Shown here: piece by piece, positions 29,572 through 40,077 of the stretch | How positions within the stretch are numbered: the stretch's first letter is position 1 | Layout of the letters: each line of letters opens with the position of its first letter | Source: Candidatus Eiseniibacteriota bacterium | GTDB lineage: Bacteria > Eisenbacteria > RBG-16-71-46 > CAVPCR01 | DNA: 64,000 nt | NCBI GenBank assembly: GCA_963823555.1 | Contig: CAWGMA010000001.1 | Coordinates: 1,184,001 to 1,248,000 of the forward strand | Direction: 5' to 3' | Notes under the pieces: generated by a model | What the model was told of the DNA's origin: nothing | Database searches by the model: none | The model's input: only the letters and a program-made list of their open reading frames with translations | Translations under genes and position numbers: made by a program

Positions 29572-30360
29572 TCAGGCTGCGGGAGTTCCGCCCGGGCCGC
29601 CCTTGCCGCGATCCAGGGCATCGATGAACGGGCGGAAGAGATCGATCGGAATCGGGAACACGGTGGTCGAGTTGTTCTCGGTCGCCACCTCGGCGAGCGT
29701 CTGCAGGTAGCGGAGCTGGAGCGCGATCGGAGTGGCCTGGATGACCTGGGCGGCCTCGGACAGCTTCTGGCTCGCCTGGAACTCGCCCTCGGCCATGATG
29801 ATGCGGCTTCGCCGCTCGCGCTCGGCCTCGGCCTGCCGCGCCATGGCCCGCTGCATCTCCTGCGGCAGGTCGACATGCTTGATCTGCACGCTCGAGACCT
29901 TGATGCCCCAGGGATCGGTGTGCTGATCGAGAATGTGCTGCAGCCGCTCGTTGATCTTCTCGCGCTCGGCCAGGAGGTCGTCGAGCTCGACCTCGCCGAG
30001 GACGCTGCGCAGCGTGGTCTGGGCCAGCTGCGAAGTTGCATAGAGGTACTTCTCGACCTCGATGATCGCCTGGCGGGCATCGATCACACGGAAGTAGACG
30101 ACGGCGTTCACCTTCATCGACACGTTGTCGCGCGTGATGATGTCCTGGGGCGGCACGTCCATGGCCACCGTGCGCAGGTCGACCTTGACCATGCGGTCGA
30201 CGATGGGGATGAGGAGAATGAGGCCCGGACCCTTGACTCCGATGGCTCGACCGAGCCGGAACACCACAGCGCGATCGTACTCCTTGAGTATCTTGATCGC
30301 ACTCGAGAGGATGAAGATGCCGAGCAGGACGACGACCATGATCGGCGAAATCGGTATCAT
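29572..30360 (-). CDS. SPFH/stomatin (slipin) protein
   Basis: [38 protein letters not shown]. Confidence 0.95.
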   Translation of the reverse strand: MIPISPIMVVVLLGIFILSSAIKILKEYDRAVVFRLGRAIGVKGPGLILLIPIVDRMVKVDLRTVAMDVPPQDIITRDNVSMKVNAVVYFRVIDARQAIIEVEKYLYATSQLAQTTLRSVLGEVELDDLLAEREKINERLQHILDQHTDPWGIKVSSVQIKHVDLPQEMQRAMARQAEAERERRSRIIMAEGEFQASQKLSEAAQVIQATPIALQLRYLQTLAEVATENNSTTVFPIPIDLFRPFIDALDRGKGGPGGTPAA

Positions 30361-30410
30361 GACGGTTCCCCCCTTCCCGGGACGCGCGCGGCGCCCCCCA
30401 AAGCGCGCCT

Positions 30411-31802
30411 CTAGCCGCCGGTGCTCCCGCCTTCCGGCGCGTCGCGACCCGTGATCGGGGCGACCCTGAGCAAGAGCCTCGTTCCGGATTCAACTCGCAC
30501 CCGGTCGCCGACCGCGATCGGCGCGTTCGCCTCCGCCGTCCACAGCTCACCGTGAACGAGTACGGTGCCCGGGCGTCCAGGGTGGATCTCGGCCCGGACC
30601 ACACCCTGTTCTCCGATCAGGGCGGGGAGCCCCGTAGCGGGCCGCCGTCGCTGCGCCATCATCCCCTTGGTGACCACGAACATGAAGAAGAGCGCGGTGG
30701 TGGCCACGGCGGGCAAGATCACTTCGAGGCGGATGCGGAGGAAGTCGGCCTCCAGCGATGGATCGATGTCGATGAGCATGAGCGATCCGAAGAACATGGC
30801 GATGACCCCACCGATCGTCAGGACGCCGAAGCTCGTGACCTTGATCTCGAGGATGAAGAGGATGATGGCAACGAGAATGAGGAGCAGGCCCGCGTAGTTG
30901 AGTGGCAGCGTGTGCAGGCCGTAGAAGGCCAGGATCATGCAGATGCTCCCGGCCACCCCGGGCAGGATGCTTCCGGGATTGTAGAGCTCCAGGAGGAGGC
31001 CGAGCATACCTAGTGTGAAGAGCACATAGGCGATGTTCGGGTCGGAGACGTAGTCGAGCACGCGGAAGCGCCAGTTCATGGTCAGGCGCTCGATGTGCGC
31101 GCCGCGGGTCGCCATCGTGACCTCGCCGCTCTCGAGGCGGACGGTGCGGCCGTCGAGCGCGACGAGGAGGCTGTCGAGACTCGGCGACACGAGGTCCACG
31201 ACGTCGATCGCGAGCGCCGAGTCGGCCGTCACGGACACCGCCCGCCGCACCGCCAGCTCCGCCCATTCCGCGTTCCGCTCGTTGCGCTGGGCAAGCGAAC
31301 GGATGAAGGCGACCGCGTCGTTCTCGGCCTTGCGCGCCATGACGGAGTCGGTCTGGGCCCCGCCCAGGTTCACCGGGGATGCGGCGCCGATGGCGCTCGC
31401 CGGGTGCATGGCGGCAACATGGGATGCATACGTGACGAAGACCCCCGCCGAAGTGGCCGTCGCTCCGGCGGGGGAGACGTAGGTCACGAATGGAACGCGG
31501 GAGGCGAGGATCGTCTTGGCGATGACGTGGGTCGACTTGTAGAGGCCGCCGGGAGTGTCCAGCTCGAGGATCACAGCCGCGGCGTCATCCTCCTCGCCAC
31601 GCTCGATGGTCTCGCGGATGTACTCGGCGGCGACCGGGTTGATCGCCCCGTCGATCGTGATCACGTAGACGAGGGGCTCATCGGCCTCCAGGCGTCCAGC
31701 GCCGCAGAGGAGAGAGACGACCGCAAGAGCAGCCGCCAGGGTGAGACGAACGGCGACCATGGCGCGGCGGCCAGGTGGTGGATTGGAAGTCCATCGGCCC
31801 AT
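30411..31802 (-). CDS. nfeD: NfeD membrane serine protease (long form)
   Basis: LDTPGGL, ATSAG, IGAASPV, VHGELW; canonical partner of slipin. Confidence 0.92.
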   Translation of the reverse strand: MGRWTSNPPPGRRAMVAVRLTLAAALAVVSLLCGAGRLEADEPLVYVITIDGAINPVAAEYIRETIERGEEDDAAAVILELDTPGGLYKSTHVIAKTILASRVPFVTYVSPAGATATSAGVFVTYASHVAAMHPASAIGAASPVNLGGAQTDSVMARKAENDAVAFIRSLAQRNERNAEWAELAVRRAVSVTADSALAIDVVDLVSPSLDSLLVALDGRTVRLESGEVTMATRGAHIERLTMNWRFRVLDYVSDPNIAYVLFTLGMLGLLLELYNPGSILPGVAGSICMILAFYGLHTLPLNYAGLLLILVAIILFILEIKVTSFGVLTIGGVIAMFFGSLMLIDIDPSLEADFLRIRLEVILPAVATTALFFMFVVTKGMMAQRRRPATGLPALIGEQGVVRAEIHPGRPGTVLVHGELWTAEANAPIAVGDRVRVESGTRLLLRVAPITGRDAPEGGSTGG

Positions 31803-31849
31803 GGCGATTTCGTCCCTGGGGAAGGTCCGAGCGACCAGGAGGCAAAGCG

Positions 31850-31878
31850 ACTATGCAGTGGCCCCGAGGACCTGTCAA
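31850..31878 (-). promoter_or_regulatory. Sigma70 promoter of nfeD-slipin
   Basis: TTGACA-N17-CATAGT. Confidence 0.55.
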
Positions 31879-32026
31879 GCTACGCGGGAACCGGTCCGGC
31901 TCGCGGGGAGAACGCGATCCGGCGTCCCGGTGAGCGCTTGACACCCGCCGCGGCGCCTGACAACTTTGATCCGGCCCTGTGGCGAGTACCAGTCACCGTC
32001 TCGTGTCTCCCGCGCCCGGAGGATCG

Positions 32027-33085
32027 ATGTTCGCTGTTGCCATCATTGGGGCGACCGGACTCGTCGGCCGCACCTTTCTCAGACTGCTGGCGGCTCGCGG
32101 CTTTCCTATCTCACGCCTCGGGCTCTTTGCCTCGTCCCGGTCCGCCGGGCGGATGATCCCCTTCGCTGGACGCGAGCACCCGGTCGTCGCCCTCGCCGAT
32201 GCCGATCCCAAGGGATTCGACCTGGCCCTGTTCTCGGCTGGCGCCGAGGTGTCACGGCTTGCGGTCTCGCAGTTCGCCGCTGCCGGAGCTCTGGTCGTCG
32301 ACAACTCGAGTGCCTTTCGCCTCGATCCGGAGGTTCCCCTCGTCGTGCCCGAGGTGAATCCCGAGGCGCTGGCCCACTTCCCGCCGGGAGGGCGGGGTCG
32401 GGTGGTGGCCAATCCCAACTGCTCGACCATCCAGCTCGTCATCGCGCTCAAGCCGCTCGACGATGCGGCTCGCATCCGGCGGGTCACGGTGGCGACCTAT
32501 CAGGCGGCGGCCGGGGCCGGGCAGAAGGGGCTCCGGGAGCTGGAACGGGAGACCGCGCGGGCCCTCGCTGGCGAGGAGCCGAAGGCCCAGGTCTTCGCCC
32601 ATCCCCTCGCCTTCGAGGCGTTGCCGCAGATCGGATCCTTCCTTTCCAGCGGCGCCAGCAGCGAAGAGCAGAAGATGGTCGACGAGACGCGGAAGATCCT
32701 CCGGCTTCCCGAGCTCGCGATCTCGGTGACCTGCGTCCGCGTTCCGGTGCAGGTGGGGCATTCGGAGGCAGTCTGGGTCGAGACCGAACGCGCGCTCTCA
32801 CCAGAGGAGGCGCGGGCCCGCTTGGCGCGCACGCCGGGCATCGTCATCGCCGATGATCCTCATGCCGGGATCTATCCGCTGGCGCGGAGGGCGGCCGGGA
32901 CCGATCTTGTGCACGTCGGTCGCATCCGGCGCGATCCGGCGAGCAAGCACGGGCTCATCCTGTGGGTGGTCGCCGACAACGTGCGCAAGGGGGCTGCGAC
33001 CAACGCGATCCAGATCGCCGAGGCTCTGCTCGCCGTGACCCCGGTGGCCGCCGGGGTCAAGGATCGAGGCGCCGGGCGCCGATAA
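32027..33085 (+). CDS. asd: Aspartate-semialdehyde dehydrogenase
   Basis: GATGLVG, DNSSAFR, NPNCSTIQ, DNVRKGAATNA. Confidence 0.96.
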   Translation: MFAVAIIGATGLVGRTFLRLLAARGFPISRLGLFASSRSAGRMIPFAGREHPVVALADADPKGFDLALFSAGAEVSRLAVSQFAAAGALVVDNSSAFRLDPEVPLVVPEVNPEALAHFPPGGRGRVVANPNCSTIQLVIALKPLDDAARIRRVTVATYQAAAGAGQKGLRELERETARALAGEEPKAQVFAHPLAFEALPQIGSFLSSGASSEEQKMVDETRKILRLPELAISVTCVRVPVQVGHSEAVWVETERALSPEEARARLARTPGIVIADDPHAGIYPLARRAAGTDLVHVGRIRRDPASKHGLILWVVADNVRKGAATNAIQIAEALLAVTPVAAGVKDRGAGRR

Positions 33086-33142
33086 CCCGTACAGGCTCGC
33101 CCCTGGTCGCGGGCGATGCGGAGACGCGAAGCGGCGGATAAC

Positions 33143-33751
33143 ATGTTCGAGAACCTCGCGGGTGACCTGCGCGCCGCCCGCATCCACAATGCCAATTCAC
33201 CGAGCTGGGTGGACCAGAACGTGACAATCTGGCTCCACTACGGCATGCAGGCCGTGGTGGTCTACCGGTTCGGTCGCTGGGTGCAGACCTTCCGTATCCC
33301 GGTCGTGAAGCAGGTCCTCAAGATCCTGCAAGTCGCGTGGCGAACCTGGTGCGAGATGGTCTACGGCATCAACGTGCCGGAGTCGACGGCGATCGGACCC
33401 GGGCTATGCATCCACACCTGGGCGGGAGTATTCCTCCCGCACAACACGACGATCGGGCGCAACTTCACGGTCCAGCATGGAAACCTCATCGAGGACGGGG
33501 TCACGATCGGGGACGATGTCTATTGCGGGGTGGGGGCCAAGCTGATCGGGCGCATCCGGATCGGGAATCGGGTGCGGATCGGGGCCAACGCCGTCGTCAT
33601 CACCGATGTGCCCGACGATTCGACGGCGGTCGGCATCCCGGCGCGGATCATCCCTCATGCCCATGCCGAGAAGGACGCCGAACCGAGCTCTTCGCCTGCG
33701 AATCCGCTTCAGCCTGAGGGACCGCAGCAGGCGCTGTCGGCCGGCCGCTAG
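33143..33751 (+). CDS. Serine O-acetyltransferase-like hexapeptide-repeat acetyltransferase (short CysE/WcaB type)
   Basis: IGPGLCI, IGANAVVITDVP, VGIPARII. Confidence 0.75.
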   Translation: MFENLAGDLRAARIHNANSPSWVDQNVTIWLHYGMQAVVVYRFGRWVQTFRIPVVKQVLKILQVAWRTWCEMVYGINVPESTAIGPGLCIHTWAGVFLPHNTTIGRNFTVQHGNLIEDGVTIGDDVYCGVGAKLIGRIRIGNRVRIGANAVVITDVPDDSTAVGIPARIIPHAHAEKDAEPSSSPANPLQPEGPQQALSAGR

Positions 33752-33888
33752 GGACTCCGACTGCTTCGCGCCTCAGCACCGGGTCTGCATCGTCTGCATC
33801 CCTCCTCCGGCCGGTGCCTTCCGCTGCCGGCTGCCACCAGCTACAATGCCCTGTTCCCCGGACCAGGTTGTGATCCCCAGGAGCTCCC

Positions 33889-34797
33889 ATGGCGAGTCTC
33901 GTCTTCTCGGACGGGTATTACGCGGACATCGGCGGCCACGTCTTTCCAATGGAGAAGTTCGCGCTGATACGCCAGTTTCTGCTGGACACGGGCGCGGCTC
34001 GCGCGGAGGACTTCATCGCGCCGGAGCCCGCCTCCGATGAGGATGTGCTCCGGGTACACACGCCCGACTACGTGCGCAAGCTCAAGAGCGGGAGCCTGAG
34101 CGACGAGGAGATCCTCGCCCTCGAGCTTCCATTCTCCGCCGATCTCGCTCGCGCCTCCTGGCTGTGCGCCGGAGGGACGATCACCGCCTGCCGGCTCGCC
34201 GTGGAGCAAGGGTTCGCCGGGAATCTGGCCGGTGGATTCCACCATGCCTTTCCCGACCATGGCGAGGGCTTCTGCGTGCTGAACGACATCGCGATCGGGA
34301 TCCGGGCCGTGCTCGCCGCGGGTCTGATCGAGCGGGCGGCGGTCATCGATCTCGACGTGCACCAGGGGAACGGGACGGCCGCCATCTTCGCCGGCGAACC
34401 GCGCGTGTTCACGTGTTCCCTGCATCAGGAGCGGAACTACCCGCTCATCAAGCCTCCCAGCGATCTCGATTGCGGCCTGCGGGATGGCGCCACCGGGGCC
34501 GAGTATCTGGCCGTGCTGGAGCGGGCGCTGGGGGTCACGCTGGCCACCCGACCGGAGCTCCTGGTCTACGTGGCGGGGGCGGATCCCTACGCCGGGGACC
34601 AGCTTGGCGGTCTGGCGCTCTCGATCGACGATCTGGCAGCGCGCGACGAGGCGGTGTTCCAGGGTGCGGCCCTGAAGCGCGTGCCCGTCGTGGTGGTTCT
34701 GGCCGGCGGCTACGCCGCGGATGTGAGGGATACCGTGCGCATCCATGGCGCGACCATGCGTCGCGGACTCGCCTACCTCGAGGTGCTCAAGTCGTGA
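33889..34797 (+). CDS. Histone deacetylase-family Zn hydrolase
   Basis: HVFPMEKF, GGFHHA, DLDVHQGNG, GADP, GGY. Confidence 0.92.
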   Translation: MASLVFSDGYYADIGGHVFPMEKFALIRQFLLDTGAARAEDFIAPEPASDEDVLRVHTPDYVRKLKSGSLSDEEILALELPFSADLARASWLCAGGTITACRLAVEQGFAGNLAGGFHHAFPDHGEGFCVLNDIAIGIRAVLAAGLIERAAVIDLDVHQGNGTAAIFAGEPRVFTCSLHQERNYPLIKPPSDLDCGLRDGATGAEYLAVLERALGVTLATRPELLVYVAGADPYAGDQLGGLALSIDDLAARDEAVFQGAALKRVPVVVVLAGGYAADVRDTVRIHGATMRRGLAYLEVLKS

Positions 34798-35579
34798 GCG
34801 GAGAGTGGTTCGACATCGCCTTCGATGACCTGTATGCGGATCTCTACGCTCATCGCGACCGCGAGGAGGCGGAGCGGGCTGTGGGCTGGGTCGAGCGGGC
34901 GCTCGGGGCCAGAGGCCTTCCGGCGCTGGCGGGGTCTCGATGCGTGGATCTGGCCTGCGGTGCCGGCCGGCATCTCCTGGCGCTTGCCGGTCGGGGAGCG
35001 CGCGCCGTGGGCGTCGATCGATCGCGAGCCCTCCTCTCGCGGGCCCATGCCGCCCGGGAAGGAGAGGGATCGGGGACGCAATACGAGCTCGTTGCCGGCG
35101 ATCTCCGCCGCCTGCCCCTGGCCTCACGCAGCTTCGCGGTAGCCTTGAGCATGTTCACGAGCATCGGCTATTTCGCCCGTGACGAGGAGCACCGGGCCGC
35201 CCTGGTCGAAGTGGCCCGCATCCTTTACCCTGGAGGGGCGTTCGTGGTCGATTACATGAACGCGGAAGCGGTCGCGAGGACGCTCGTTCCGCGTTCCGAG
35301 CGGGAGGTCGGGGAGTACCTCGTCACCGAGGAGCGCCGCATCGACACCACACAGCACCGCATCGCGAAGCAAGTGCGGGTGAGCCGGCGTGCGACCGGGG
35401 AGCTCGTGAAGCTCTACGCGGAATCCGTCGCCATGTGGTCGCGGGCCGAGCTGGAGGCCCGGATTCGGGCTTCTGGCTTTGCGGTGCGACTCGCCGCGGG
35501 AGACTACGATGGCGGGCCGTTCACGACGCACTCGCCGCGGCTCATCCTGATCGCTGAGCTCGTGACAGCCGCAGCATGA
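34794..35579 (+). CDS. Class I SAM methyltransferase, candidate bacillithiol N-methyltransferase (NmbA-like)
   Basis: GTG start overlapping the HDAC stop; EWF...LYAHRD, DLACGAGRH, FTSIGYF; directly upstream of bshC. Confidence 0.8.
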   Translation: MSGEWFDIAFDDLYADLYAHRDREEAERAVGWVERALGARGLPALAGSRCVDLACGAGRHLLALAGRGARAVGVDRSRALLSRAHAAREGEGSGTQYELVAGDLRRLPLASRSFAVALSMFTSIGYFARDEEHRAALVEVARILYPGGAFVVDYMNAEAVARTLVPRSEREVGEYLVTEERRIDTTQHRIAKQVRVSRRATGELVKLYAESVAMWSRAELEARIRASGFAVRLAAGDYDGGPFTTHSPRLILIAELVTAAA

Positions 35580-35619
35580 AGCACGCCGCCATCACCATCG
35601 GCATCTTGACGGGGAACGA

Positions 35620-37293
35620 ATGAGCCAGGGAGCAGGCGGAACATCGACCAGGACGCGGCGCTCGCGCCCCGGCGCCGCTCTCATGCTCGGCGACATGGAG
35701 TATGGGCGCGCCTTCACGGGGCTCGCCACGGGCGATCCGACTCTCGATGGATTCCTGCCGCTGCTCCGCGATCTGCACCGGGGCGCGGCTCGCCGCCGGG
35801 AGGCCATGGTCGATCCGGGTCGCGGACCCCTCTGGGACGCGGTCGAGGCGCTCGCCGAACGCTGTCAGGCGCCCCCGGCGACCCGCCCTGCCCTGGCATC
35901 GCTCAGGGCTGGGGCTCCGGTCGTCTGCACCGGCCAGCAGCCCGGTCTCCTCGGCGGGCCCATCTTCATCCTGTACAAGGCGGCGACAGCCATTCACCTC
36001 GCCCGCGATCTCGAGCGCGCGCTGGGTGAGCCCGTGGTGCCCATCTTCTGGGTGGCCGCCGATGATTCCGATTTCAAGGAGGTCGCGCGAGCCACGCTGG
36101 CCACGGCCGACCTGAAGCTCGAAACGGTGGCCATCGACCCCGCACTCGAGGATCCCACGCGCATGGTGGGCGGCCTTGCGGTGACGGCGGGCCGGGATGC
36201 GGCGCGGAATGCGGCGCAAGCGACGTCCGGGCTTCCTTACGCTGCGCTCCTGTCCGAGCTGGCCGGAGCGACATGGGAACGGGGCCGGGACTGGGGCGAG
36301 GGATTCGCCGCCGTACTCTACGCTCTCCTTGGCGAGCATGGCCTGGTCGTGGTCGATGCCCGCGAGCCCGTGCTGCGCGATCTGGCTCGGCCTCTCCTCA
36401 CGCGCTATCTCGATGATGTGGCTGGGTACGCGCAAGTGGTCGATCGTGCCGGCGAGGCGCTGGCGGCAGACGGGCTTGGCCGTCAGCTCGGGACCTTCGC
36501 CGCGCGCTTTCCGCTCTATGAGGAAGAGCCGCCGTATCGCCTCCGCCTGGCCGACCCCGGAGGCGGGGAGGAGCACTTGGCGAGCTTCGCGACGCGAGCC
36601 CGCGCGGTCATGTCTCGTGGCGGCGCACTGTGGACGGGCGTTGCGCTGCGCCCGCTCGTCGTGGACACGACCCTGCCGGTCGTGGCCCGCGTGCTCGGTC
36701 CGGCCGAGGTGGCGTACATGGCGCAGCTGTCCGGTGCCTACGCCCATCTGGATGTGGTGATGCCGCCGCTGGTGCCCCGCCTGACGGGAACGCTGGTCCC
36801 GGCTCGGTCCGCACGGGTGGCGGCCGCCACCGTGGGTGGGCTTCCGGCCCTGGTCCGCGACCCCGCGGCCACGCTTTCGGCCTACTACAAGCGTCAATTG
36901 CCGCTCCCGGCGCGGCGTGCGCTCGAGGAGCTCGAGGGCAGCCAGCGCGCCGGCTACGCTCGGGCGCGCGAGGCGCTCGCGGCTCTCGGCCGGGGGCTCG
37001 ACCAGCTCGTCGACTCGGTCGCGACCAAGGCCGACTTCCAGCTCGCGCGATTGTGGCAAGCCGCCATCAAGCGCGAGAGGAAGAAGCGCGAAGCGGATGA
37101 ACCCTTCCTGCGCCACCTCGCCCCCTTCCTGCGTCCTGATCAGGGACTGCAAGAAAGGCGGCTGGCCACGCTCTCGGCGCTGGCTCTCGCCGGGCCGGGT
37201 CTGGTTTCGCGTGCGCTCGAGATGGCGGAGTCCGATCTCGCTCTGCTGCGCGCCGGGCGCGGTGAGCATCACCTCCTGGAATTTGACCCATGA
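35620..37293 (+). CDS. bshC: Bacillithiol cysteine-adding enzyme
   Basis: TGQQPGLLGGP...YKA, FWVAADDSDF, GPAEVAY, LQER. Confidence 0.88.
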   Translation: MSQGAGGTSTRTRRSRPGAALMLGDMEYGRAFTGLATGDPTLDGFLPLLRDLHRGAARRREAMVDPGRGPLWDAVEALAERCQAPPATRPALASLRAGAPVVCTGQQPGLLGGPIFILYKAATAIHLARDLERALGEPVVPIFWVAADDSDFKEVARATLATADLKLETVAIDPALEDPTRMVGGLAVTAGRDAARNAAQATSGLPYAALLSELAGATWERGRDWGEGFAAVLYALLGEHGLVVVDAREPVLRDLARPLLTRYLDDVAGYAQVVDRAGEALAADGLGRQLGTFAARFPLYEEEPPYRLRLADPGGGEEHLASFATRARAVMSRGGALWTGVALRPLVVDTTLPVVARVLGPAEVAYMAQLSGAYAHLDVVMPPLVPRLTGTLVPARSARVAAATVGGLPALVRDPAATLSAYYKRQLPLPARRALEELEGSQRAGYARAREALAALGRGLDQLVDSVATKADFQLARLWQAAIKRERKKREADEPFLRHLAPFLRPDQGLQERRLATLSALALAGPGLVSRALEMAESDLALLRAGRGEHHLLEFDP

Positions 37294-38027
37294 AATGCGT
37301 TGCCTTCGGTGCTCATCCCGATGATGTCGAGCTCGCGGCCGCTGGCACCCTGGCCCTGACCGTCCAGGCCGGGCATGACGTCCTGATCGCGGATCTGACC
37401 CAGGGGGAGCGAGCCACCGCCGGCAGCCCGGAGGAGCGAGCGGCGGAAGCCGCCGCTGCCGCTCGCGTGCTGGGAGTCCGGCGCTCGGGACTCGAGCTTC
37501 CCGACACCGCGCTCGACCGGGCGGACCAGAGTCAGCTCGAGCGCGTGGTCCAAGTCCTGCGACGCGAGCAGCCCGATCTCGTGCTCGCCCCGACCGGCCG
37601 CGACGCGCATCCCGATCATATCGAGGCTCATCACCTCGTCAGCCGGGCGGTCTTCCTCGCCGGGCTTGCCGGGTTCGCCCCGGAGGCCGGGGCGCCGCAC
37701 CGGACTTCGCTCGTTCTCTTCTATCCATCATCGCGTGAGATGTTCGGCCGCCCGGACCTGATCGTCGACATCAGCGCGGTCATCGATCGCAAGATGGCCG
37801 TGCTCGCGTGCTACACGTCCCAGTTCATCCGCGTCCGGGGCGGGCTGGTGACCCCGCTCAACGCCCCAGGCTTCCTCGAGCGTGTCAAGGCGCGGGCGGC
37901 TGCTGTCGGTATCGATCGCGGCATCGAGCATGGAGAACCCTTCTTCCTGGACCGCCCACTGACCACGACGGATCCGCTGCGGCTCCTTGCGCTCACGGCG
38001 CCGGGTGGAGATGGAGGAACGTCATGA
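37290..38027 (+). CDS. bshB1: GlcNAc-malate deacetylase
   Basis: GAHPDDVE, HPDH, YTSQF; between bshC and bshA. Confidence 0.88.
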   Translation: MKCVAFGAHPDDVELAAAGTLALTVQAGHDVLIADLTQGERATAGSPEERAAEAAAAARVLGVRRSGLELPDTALDRADQSQLERVVQVLRREQPDLVLAPTGRDAHPDHIEAHHLVSRAVFLAGLAGFAPEAGAPHRTSLVLFYPSSREMFGRPDLIVDISAVIDRKMAVLACYTSQFIRVRGGLVTPLNAPGFLERVKARAAAVGIDRGIEHGEPFFLDRPLTTTDPLRLLALTAPGGDGGTS

Positions 38028-39181
38028 CCCTGGGGCCGCTTGCGATCGGCATCACCTGCTACCCGACCACCGGTGGCTCGGGGATCGTGGCCACCGAGCT
38101 CGGGAAGCGTCTGGCCCGCCGCGGCCACAGCGTGCACTTCATCACCCACGCGGTGCCGGTGCGGCTCCGCCAGTTCGAGGAGCGGATCTCCTTCCATCCC
38201 GTCGAGACCGAGAGCTATCCGCTGTTCAGTCACCAGCCCTACGCGCTCAACCTGGCCGCCAAGATGAGCGAGGTCATCGAGCGCGAGCGCCTCGATATCC
38301 TGCATGTCCACTACGCGCTGCCGCATGCGGTGAGCGCCTACCTCGCCAAGCAGATCGTCCGACCTCGCGAAGTCAAGGTGATCACGACGCTCCATGGCAC
38401 GGACATCACGCTGGTCGGCCTCCAGCCGTCGTTCTTCAGCGTCACCAAGTTCTCGATCGAGCAGTCCGACGCCGTGACCGCGGTCTCCGCCTGGCTCCGG
38501 GACCAGACAGTCCAGAGCTTCGGCGTCCGCACCCCGATCCATGTCATTCGCAACTTCGTCGACTCGGCCCGCTTCGCTCCCGGCCGCGACGAGCGGCGGC
38601 GCCTGGCGTTCGCGCGACCGGAGGAGGTGCTGCTGATGCACGCCTCCAACTTCCGCCCGGTCAAGAACACGCCGCGCGTGATCGAGGTCTTCCATGCCGT
38701 GGCCGAGGCGGTACCGGCCCGGCTCCTGCTCGTGGGGGAGGGGCCCGAGCTTCCCGCCTGTCGCGACCTGGCCTCGGAGTTCGGTCTCGGCGATCGCATC
38801 ACCTTCATGGGGGATCAGGAGTACATCGAGGCGCTGCTGCCGGTCGCGGATATCTTCCTCCTGCCGTCCGATCACGAGAGCTTCGGGCTCGTCGCGCTGG
38901 AGGCGATGAGTTGTGGGGTCACGGTGGTGGCGACGCGAGTCGGCGGCATGTCCGAGGTCATCACCGACGGCGAGACCGGCTTCCTGCTGGATCCCGGCGA
39001 TGTGGCGGGGATGTCCGCGCTCACGATCGCGCTGGCGCGGGATCCGGAGCGCAGGGCCCGGGTGGCGGCGGCGGCCCGCAACGAGGCGGTGCAGCGCTTC
39101 GACATCGATGCCGCCGTCGATCACTACCTCGATCTCTATGCGGCGCTTCTCAGCGGGACGCTGCCGGGCGCCGGAGGATGA
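38024..39181 (+). CDS. bshA: GlcNAc-malate synthase
   Basis: IGITCYPTTGGSG, HVHYALPH, TTLHGTDITLVG, SNFRPVK. Confidence 0.95.
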   Translation: MTLGPLAIGITCYPTTGGSGIVATELGKRLARRGHSVHFITHAVPVRLRQFEERISFHPVETESYPLFSHQPYALNLAAKMSEVIERERLDILHVHYALPHAVSAYLAKQIVRPREVKVITTLHGTDITLVGLQPSFFSVTKFSIEQSDAVTAVSAWLRDQTVQSFGVRTPIHVIRNFVDSARFAPGRDERRRLAFARPEEVLLMHASNFRPVKNTPRVIEVFHAVAEAVPARLLLVGEGPELPACRDLASEFGLGDRITFMGDQEYIEALLPVADIFLLPSDHESFGLVALEAMSCGVTVVATRVGGMSEVITDGETGFLLDPGDVAGMSALTIALARDPERRARVAAAARNEAVQRFDIDAAVDHYLDLYAALLSGTLPGAGG

Positions 39182-39971
39182 ACCCCACCATGCGCCCGGT
39201 CGGCTCGCCCGAGCGCGCGGAGAAGTAGCGATCGCGCCGGCATAGCGTGCAGCTCTCGGGATCGGTGATGGCCGGGGGCGCGATGCCACCCGCTTCCAGC
39301 TTGAGCCGGGTCGCATGAACCAGGTCGAGATGCGGCCGCTCGCGCCGGCCTGGACGAAGCGTGCGCGGATCGAAGCGCGCGGCCACCTCGGGACCGACCT
39401 CGAAGCAACATGGGCCGATCCCCGGTCCGATGACGACCCGCATATGCTCGGGTCTTGCCCCCGCCCCGACCAGGGCGGCAAGACCGCCCTCGATGATCCC
39501 CGCGACCACACCACGCCAGCCCGCATGGAGGGCACCGATGACTCCCGCGGAGAGATCGGCGACGAAGATCGGCAGGCAATCCGCCACCGTCACCAGGAGC
39601 GCGAGGTCCGTCCTGGCGGTGACGAGCCCATCGGCCTCTCCGACCGGCCCGGGCTCGTCGACCGTGACCACCCGGGCGCCATGCACTTGAGCCATACGGG
39701 CACCGCGTCCGGGATGGATCCCGGCAGCCGCGTAGAAGCGGGCCCGGTTCTCGGTAACGGCCTTCGGGTCGTCGCCCGTGTTGCCGCCCAGATTGAGCGA
39801 GGCGTAGGGCGGAGCACTCACTCCACCATGGCGAAGGCTCATTCCGGCAAGGAGTTCCGGCGAGTTCCTGAAAAACCACTCGACACGAAGCCCTGCTTCG
39901 CGTGGCTTCTCAGGCTCTGGAGGCGGTGTCGCCCCCGGCCGGGGATGTGTTAGATACTCGCGATCATCCAT
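39150..39971 (-). CDS. pgeF: PgeF/YfiH laccase-domain protein
   Basis: SLNLG, QVHG, ADCLP, HAGWRG, GPCCFEVG. Confidence 0.9.
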   Translation of the reverse strand: MDDREYLTHPRPGATPPPEPEKPREAGLRVEWFFRNSPELLAGMSLRHGGVSAPPYASLNLGGNTGDDPKAVTENRARFYAAAGIHPGRGARMAQVHGARVVTVDEPGPVGEADGLVTARTDLALLVTVADCLPIFVADLSAGVIGALHAGWRGVVAGIIEGGLAALVGAGARPEHMRVVIGPGIGPCCFEVGPEVAARFDPRTLRPGRRERPHLDLVHATRLKLEAGGIAPPAITDPESCTLCRRDRYFSARSGEPTGRMVGFILRRPAASR

Positions 39972-40077
39972 GGGTGGTTCGCCGCCCCTCGTGGACTCGG
40001 CTCGCGGCCGGGTCGGAAACCGCCGACTATAGCTCCTATTTCCGGACCAGAGGGCTTTCAAGCTCGGGAGGCCTCGC

